Shown here: positions 58,420 through 64,000 of the stretch, piece after piece
Layout: every line of letters begins with the position of its first letter
How positions within the stretch are numbered: the stretch's first letter is position 1
Source of the DNA: Fimbriimonadia bacterium
Lineage (GTDB): Bacteria; Armatimonadota; Fimbriimonadia; Fimbriimonadales; JABRVX01
Direction of reading: 5' to 3'
Assembly: GCA_041483895.1 (NCBI GenBank)
Contig: JBGPGO010000002.1
Location: forward strand, 128,001 to 192,000
Length of the DNA: 64,000 nt
Made by a program: the position numbers and the translations under genes
The notes under the pieces: model-generated
Told to the model about the DNA's origin: nothing
The model's input: only the letters and a program-made list of their open reading frames with translations
Database searches by the model: none

Positions 58420-59502
58420 TTAGATCGGATTCTTTACTTCACTGATCAACGCCGCCAAGTTTTCCCAGGGTACATCCGGCTCGATGGCATGGGTCGGCGA
58501 GACTACGATTCGCGCGCCGTCCCGGGCCATATCGCGCAACTCCGAAACCGCACGGATCACGTCATCGGGGGCGCCGAACGGCATCGTGGATTGCGTCCCT
58601 ACCATGCCCCAAAAACCCATTCGGTCGCGATATCGCGGTATCACTTCGCGTATCGGCATGCACTCCGGCTGAACCGGGTTTAGGATGTCCATGCCGACTT
58701 CGATTAGGTCCTCGATGATTGGGCGCACGTCGCCGTCCGAGTGGTAGGCAATCCAGACATGCCCTCGCTGGTTGTTTCGAACCGCGTCCGTCACTCGGCG
58801 CAATCGTGGTTTGAGGTGCGCCCGCCAGAAATCGACGGCCATCATCATGCCGCGCTGCGTGCCCACGTCGTCTCCCAGCCAAACCAAATCGACTCCGGCC
58901 CGAACGTAATGCTCTACGGCAACGATTGCGCGGTGGGTGAACCAGTCGAGCAGCCAGTCGGCGATTCCCGTGCCATCGACAAGGTCCAGATACAGCCGAT
59001 CCATGCCGCGCAAGTACCAGGCCATTTCGAACATCGTGCAGTCCATGTTGCCAACTGAGGCTCTGCCTCGGGCGTGAATCGCGGCAACTTCTTCGGGCAA
59101 GTGAGCATGCGTCCGCTGGTCATGAAGGTCCGGCCACGGCAGGTTCTCCAATTGGGCTACGGTTTCGATGTTCTCGAGCGGATGGCGCATTTCGAGAAGA
59201 TGGTAGGCGGTCCCGACCGTGTGTTTCAGGGGCGGGTCGTCAACGGTTCCCAGCCGCCCGACAACGGAGTGTTCGCCGATAGGCACACCCATCGACTGAT
59301 ACGCCTCTCGCCACTCGTCCGGCTCCGTCTGGTAGCGTGGCGTTACGCGTTCGATCGAGAGGCCGAGCGCCGCGACCTCGTCGCGGGTTCCCAAGTGCGC
59401 CTCCATCATGTCGCGCGACGGATCCGTCAGCCATACGTCGAGCGGGAGGTGGTGCGGCCGGTCCCCTTCGAGCATGCGGCGCAGGTTTTCACGCTCTGTC
59501 AT
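58420..59502 (-). CDS. Uroporphyrinogen decarboxylase / MtaA-CmuA family protein
   Basis: MTERENL, FEMAWYLRG, GDDVGTQRG, YHSDG, LNPVQPECM, GTQSTMPFG, SPTH; ATGA overlap. Confidence 0.88.
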   Translation of the reverse strand: MTERENLRRMLEGDRPHHLPLDVWLTDPSRDMMEAHLGTRDEVAALGLSIERVTPRYQTEPDEWREAYQSMGVPIGEHSVVGRLGTVDDPPLKHTVGTAYHLLEMRHPLENIETVAQLENLPWPDLHDQRTHAHLPEEVAAIHARGRASVGNMDCTMFEMAWYLRGMDRLYLDLVDGTGIADWLLDWFTHRAIVAVEHYVRAGVDLVWLGDDVGTQRGMMMAVDFWRAHLKPRLRRVTDAVRNNQRGHVWIAYHSDGDVRPIIEDLIEVGMDILNPVQPECMPIREVIPRYRDRMGFWGMVGTQSTMPFGAPDDVIRAVSELRDMARDGARIVVSPTHAIEPDVPWENLAALISEVKNPI

Positions 59503-60662
59503 GCGCGACTCTCGTAGACGCCGTAGGTTTTGACGGCTTGGTACATTGCGCGGACATTCTCCGGTGTTATTTCGGGAGCGAGATTGTTCCCTTCTCGCAA
59601 CACGAATCGGCCACCGGCCATGATGCCGCTTTCGAGAATGCGGCGCGTCTCCGCTGTGGTTTCCGCCGCCGTCGCTTTCGTGAGGAACGGGACAGATGGT
59701 CCACCCCAAATCTCGACATCGTTCCCGAGCTCGTTGCGCAGCGCGCCGAAGTCCACGGGGAAGCCGGTGTCGAACATTTTGATGTTCAACTCTTGCATGA
59801 GCGCGGGAAAGTGGCGGGTCGCGTCTCCGCATAGGTGAATGCTGTGCGGCCCCTCGGCTGCAAGGGATTCGATGAGCCGTCTGTGGTGCGGAATCACGCG
59901 CTCGATCAGCATGTCGGTGGAAATGAGAGCGATCGAGTCGTCGGCGTAGAAATAGCCCTTGTCTTTGGCCGGGCGGCCCAACCGCTCGCGGAAGGCCTTG
60001 ATGCGACAGATGGCGGCCTCCGTCACGAACGCCAGCAATTCGTCGGCGTATTCCCGGTCTTCCAGCAGATCGACGCAGAACTCCATGGCGCCTCGCAAAT
60101 TGCAAGCGACCGTCATCGGCCCGTCGGTGCCCATGCCGGTCGGTCCCAAGACCTCGATTGGCCGGCCCTTCCATTCGTATCCCTCCGCCTGCCGCTTCGC
60201 GAAGTGGTCGTAAAAGCACCATACCTTATCCCAGAACGGATTATCGAACGGGTCCGGGACACCCCGGTCGAATATCGAGCGCTTGTTGTCATCGGTCGAG
60301 ATCGGCCGCGTGTCTGGGACCTGGTCGTTGATGTATTGGATCGGGCAACCGAATGCGGCGGCCTCATGCACGTTGTGGAAGTCCACCCAGAACTGCCATT
60401 TTTCCGGCAAACCCATCGGCGCGTCCTGAAAGATATGAAAAGCGCACCACTCCAGGTGCTCCAGTTGCCTTTGCAGCATGATCTCCGGGTCCGACCAATA
60501 TTGTTCAAAGTTGATACCGCGCGGGTTGGCGGGATGATCGCGCATCGTGTAACGCGAATTCACCCCGACGATCATCGGAACTCGGATCGGCTTGCCGGCG
60601 TGATACGCCTGCCAAACTCGCTCTTGCTCCTCGTTGTGGTCGCTAAACATCTTCGGGCGCAT
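59499..60662 (-). CDS. Uroporphyrinogen decarboxylase / MtaA-CmuA family protein
   Basis: DGPMTVACNLRG, ADDSIALIS, IHLCGD, IWGG, EGNNL; start may be 60650. Confidence 0.85.
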   Translation of the reverse strand: MRPKMFSDHNEEQERVWQAYHAGKPIRVPMIVGVNSRYTMRDHPANPRGINFEQYWSDPEIMLQRQLEHLEWCAFHIFQDAPMGLPEKWQFWVDFHNVHEAAAFGCPIQYINDQVPDTRPISTDDNKRSIFDRGVPDPFDNPFWDKVWCFYDHFAKRQAEGYEWKGRPIEVLGPTGMGTDGPMTVACNLRGAMEFCVDLLEDREYADELLAFVTEAAICRIKAFRERLGRPAKDKGYFYADDSIALISTDMLIERVIPHHRRLIESLAAEGPHSIHLCGDATRHFPALMQELNIKMFDTGFPVDFGALRNELGNDVEIWGGPSVPFLTKATAAETTAETRRILESGIMAGGRFVLREGNNLAPEITPENVRAMYQAVKTYGVYESRA

Positions 60663-62133
60663 TCGGAATCCGCTTGCCGAGTCGGATTTCCTCCCAACGG
60701 CCTTCCTCCGTTTTCGTGCGGTTGATGGAGGGGCGCTGGTACCAGTAGGCGACGCTGCGGTAGAGACCGCTGCAGTTGTTGCCGGTGCCGTGTTCCAGTG
60801 TGAACCGCCCCTTACGCGTGAATGGAACGGAGTCGCTCAGATGCAGACGGTAGCCGAAGATTTGCGGACCCACATCGCCAACCGTGGGGATGACGCCGCT
60901 GCCGGAAACGGGCCCCGAATAGCCCCGAATCCCCCAGGCGTCGTTCACGTAGTCCTCCGTCCCGGTGCCATATAGCGTTAGGCTTGGGTCGTCGTCGATG
61001 AAGAACATCTCGTCGCCTTCGCCCGCAGCGCGGTCGGTCGGAGCGTCGCGCAGGTCGTAGTGAAAGCCGCAACCGACGAAGTGTCCCGCGCCGCGGACGT
61101 TGAGGATTTCATAGTTGTCGCGGCCGTCGAGGTTCAGGATGCGGCAGGCGAGGCCCTCATAGTCGCGATGATCGGGTCCAAAGGGCGTCTCGCTATGCCA
61201 CGTAGCGCGGAAACGCAAGAGGCCATCGGGTACGGTGTCTTCTGTTATCATTTGCACGGTGGTTTGCACAGGTAATACGGAACGATTTACGAGTCGCACC
61301 CGCGCGCGATGAAAGTATGGCATGGGAAAGTTGCAATAGTACGTATCACCGTCAGTTCCGACCAGCAGCGATTTCGGTCTGTCCGTCAGGCCGTAGTCGA
61401 GGAACATCGGGCCGACCGGCGCGCGGACGCTGGGGTCTCGCGGCTCGTCATCATCGAAATGCGCCACCAGCCACAGGTTGTCTTTGATATGTGCGTCCTT
61501 TGAAGTCGTCATGCGAATGCCACGTATGACTCCGTCGCCTTCTCGCGCGAACAGCTCAACCTCTTTGCCGGGTGGAATTTCATATACTTGATCCGATCCG
61601 GTGGATGGTAGGATCGGAACTGGCAGGTCCCGTGGCTGTGTTTTCGGATCGAATCTCCCAACTTCTGTCCCAGGTGGATACAGGTCATAGTTGATATGAT
61701 AGTACAGGTAGTCGTCCTCGGGATCGATGACGATCTTGCAGTGGCGGGCGAATGGTATCGGGCAGTAGGACGTGTGGCCCATCGGCACCCGCTCGCGCGC
61801 GGATCGCTCATAATTCTCCTTCGACTCACCGCCGATGCCAAACGAGAGTGGCAATCTCCGGAACAGTTCCGCAAACGCGCATTCGATGGCGGGCTCCCCA
61901 TCGATAGTGATTCGGACAGTCCCCTTTTGCGGGTCCGCGGTCCAGATTCGGGTGATGCAGCCGGGTCCCTCGGTATCCAGCATCACGGCGGCCTTCCCCT
62001 CCCGCCGGACGAAGTTGCTCCAATCGTGGTTGCCGCCCCGCCGATCGTAGCTGGAGGCCATGCAACTCCGAGCGCTCCTTGGAGCGGCGAGGCGGAGAAG
62101 GTCGGAATAGATTTCGATTCCCAATGGTTCCAT
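60643..62133 (-). CDS. DUF2961 / GH172-like glycoside hydrolase
   Basis: SSYDRRGGNHD, GPGCITRIW, GEGDEMFFIDD, GTGTEDY, LEHG, SVAYWYQ; start 62133 inferred. Confidence 0.85.
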   Translation of the reverse strand: MEPLGIEIYSDLLRLAAPRSARSCMASSYDRRGGNHDWSNFVRREGKAAVMLDTEGPGCITRIWTADPQKGTVRITIDGEPAIECAFAELFRRLPLSFGIGGESKENYERSARERVPMGHTSYCPIPFARHCKIVIDPEDDYLYYHINYDLYPPGTEVGRFDPKTQPRDLPVPILPSTGSDQVYEIPPGKEVELFAREGDGVIRGIRMTTSKDAHIKDNLWLVAHFDDDEPRDPSVRAPVGPMFLDYGLTDRPKSLLVGTDGDTYYCNFPMPYFHRARVRLVNRSVLPVQTTVQMITEDTVPDGLLRFRATWHSETPFGPDHRDYEGLACRILNLDGRDNYEILNVRGAGHFVGCGFHYDLRDAPTDRAAGEGDEMFFIDDDPSLTLYGTGTEDYVNDAWGIRGYSGPVSGSGVIPTVGDVGPQIFGYRLHLSDSVPFTRKGRFTLEHGTGNNCSGLYRSVAYWYQRPSINRTKTEEGRWEEIRLGKRIPNAPEDV

Positions 62134-62215
62134 GGTGTTGGAATTCTGTTCGCGGGAGCGGGACGAATTCCTGTCGGCGAAAGGAATTTCCGTCGGGACC
62201 GAGAATTGAAGCGGT

Positions 62216-64000
62216 ATGCTGCCAATGTTGCTCATCACCTCTGTCCTCGGACCCGCCAACGTATGGACGCTCAAAACGTCCGACACATTTGCGACCATCA
62301 CGGTGGAACACGACGCTCCGGCGCTCATCAGCCTGAAGGATTCTGCCGGCCACGAATGGGTTGCCGAACCGCTCGTCGAATCGCTGCCGGCGGGTGGGGT
62401 GTGGAAATTCGCTGGGGCGTCCCAGGACAAAACCACGCTGGTGCTCAAGTTTCAGTCCGACGAAATGGTGCTCTCATCGTGTTGGCGGGCGCGGCCAGGC
62501 CGTGGCCCCCTGGAGCATTGGATGGAGATTCATAATCGATCGGATAAGCCGATTGCGATTCCTCACGTCGACAGCCTTTCGTTGGATTTGCCGGCAACCA
62601 AACGGGCCAATCTGTGGTGGATTCGGCGCGGCGGCAGTAACGCGAGCACCGAGGGAGGCACTACCATACAGCCCGTGGTGAGTGAGCTTGATTTGAACTT
62701 GGTGAGCAATCCGGACGACGGCGCGAGTCCCGTGCCGTGGATGGCGGTGCAGGAGCCGGATCATGGACTATATGTTGGCTGGGAGTTTTCGGGTGTTGGT
62801 CGGGTTGCTGCCACGATGCCGAAAAATCTGAGCGTGCGGGTCGGCAACATGCCGGATTTTCGCACGGATATCGCACCGGGCAAGACACTTACGATTCCGG
62901 CGGCGTTCGTGGGGTGCTATGTGGGTGATATCGACGACGGCGCATACAGCCTTCATCGTTTTATCATCGAAAGGCTCCGGCCAAAGATGCCGAAAGGCAT
63001 GCCCGATCCGATCCTGCCATACAACCCATATTTGGATGCGGGCGCGGAACATACTACGGAGGCCGAGCTGTTGCGAACGGAAAAGTTCGGTCACGATCTC
63101 GGTTGCGAAGCGTTTCTGCCGGACGCGCAATGGTTCCCTGCATGCGGAGATTGGCGGTGGGATCCGGCGCGATTTCCCCGTGGCGTCACACCGTTCGTGG
63201 AATACGCGCACAAGAACGGGATGTGGTTTGCGTTGTGGTGCGCTTGGACCAACGGAGGCATATCAAGCCACGCTGGCGCCCTCAATGTCCACAAGCAAGA
63301 GGATTGGTTCAACACCAGTTTCCCTCCCGACTATCAGCCTGGCCCGTTTTATGGCGGAAGGCTCTGTCTCGGATGCGCGGACGCCGTCGCATGGGCGAAG
63401 AAGCTGACGGAATCGCTCGTAACCGACAACAAGCTGGATTATCTGAAGCATGACTGTGGCCCGATCGTCTCAACCTGCGCGAAATCAACCCATGAGCACC
63501 ACTATGGCACGGATGCCAGCTATTGGGCGGCGTCGGGCTACTATGATGTCATTGATACATTGCGGAAAAACCATCCGTCATTGGTGTTAGAAAACTGCTC
63601 CGGTGGAGGACATATCCGTGATTTTGGAATCACCCAACGCAGCCATTACACGGTGGCGACCGATACCCTATCCAACCTCCCGGATCGGCAGAGCATTTGG
63701 GACTGCACGTATGCCTTTCCCCCTCTGATTTTGCAATGCTACTGCTATGACAATTTTTACGGCGTACCCGGCGACGAACCGCGTCCGTATTTGTGGCGCA
63801 GCGGCATGATGGGCGCTTGGCAGATCGATCCAACCGATTCCGCCAAGTGGACAGCAGAGGATATCGCATCGACGAAACGATGCGTGATAGTTTATAAGGA
63901 ATGGATTCGCCCCATGCTTCAGGACGTTCGCGTACATCATATCTTGCCGAGGCCGGACGGCATTCATTGGGACGGCATGTTCTATTGGAGCGAACCACTT
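62216..64000 (+). CDS. GH36-like alpha-galactosidase, 3'-truncated (absent from ORF track because no stop in window)
   Basis: Frame from ATG 62216 (MLPMLLITSVLG..), YVGWEFSG, DAQWF..GDW..DP.RFP.G, LDYLKHD, ENCSGGG. Confidence 0.85.
   Translation, partial: MLPMLLITSVLGPANVWTLKTSDTFATITVEHDAPALISLKDSAGHEWVAEPLVESLPAGGVWKFAGASQDKTTLVLKFQSDEMVLSSCWRARPGRGPLEHWMEIHNRSDKPIAIPHVDSLSLDLPATKRANLWWIRRGGSNASTEGGTTIQPVVSELDLNLVSNPDDGASPVPWMAVQEPDHGLYVGWEFSGVGRVAATMPKNLSVRVGNMPDFRTDIAPGKTLTIPAAFVGCYVGDIDDGAYSLHRFIIERLRPKMPKGMPDPILPYNPYLDAGAEHTTEAELLRTEKFGHDLGCEAFLPDAQWFPACGDWRWDPARFPRGVTPFVEYAHKNGMWFALWCAWTNGGISSHAGALNVHKQEDWFNTSFPPDYQPGPFYGGRLCLGCADAVAWAKKLTESLVTDNKLDYLKHDCGPIVSTCAKSTHEHHYGTDASYWAASGYYDVIDTLRKNHPSLVLENCSGGGHIRDFGITQRSHYTVATDTLSNLPDRQSIWDCTYAFPPLILQCYCYDNFYGVPGDEPRPYLWRSGMMGAWQIDPTDSAKWTAEDIASTKRCVIVYKEWIRPMLQDVRVHHILPRPDGIHWDGMFYWSEPL

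Overview
A 64-kb, GC-rich bacterial chromosomal window. The DUF1559/H-X9-DG prepilin genes, dockerin-like-tailed secreted proteins, URO-D-family proteins and DUF2961 suggest Armatimonadota or a similar diderm; this is inference from gene content only. Housekeeping content: gatCA, rpoN, prs, acyP, groES/groEL with two CIRCE boxes, and a tRNA Val-Asp-Phe-Leu cluster. Accessory content: (i) a signal-peptide Rhs toxin with a HINT domain and a Tox-REase-7-type nuclease tip, followed by three HEAT-repeat immunity genes, the two orphan ones each preceded by a remnant toxin C-terminus; (ii) a ~1.9-kb integrase-less islet at tRNA-Leu bounded by a 23-bp direct repeat, carrying an HTH + nucleotidyltransferase pair; (iii) a standalone AbiJ-NTD-TIR candidate defence gene after groEL; (iv) three unrelated secreted proteins sharing a ~140-aa C-terminal beta-sandwich + dockerin-like tail, plus an orphan copy of that tail; (v) a modular intergenic palindrome family (CCTCAACA-N-TGTTGAGG) with about 11 copies; (vi) a methanol methyltransferase MtaB homologue heading an operon with a GH138-like galacturonidase and a GH2, facing URO-D/MtaA-like and DUF2961 genes. 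All family calls come from recognising motifs by eye; no database searches were run.
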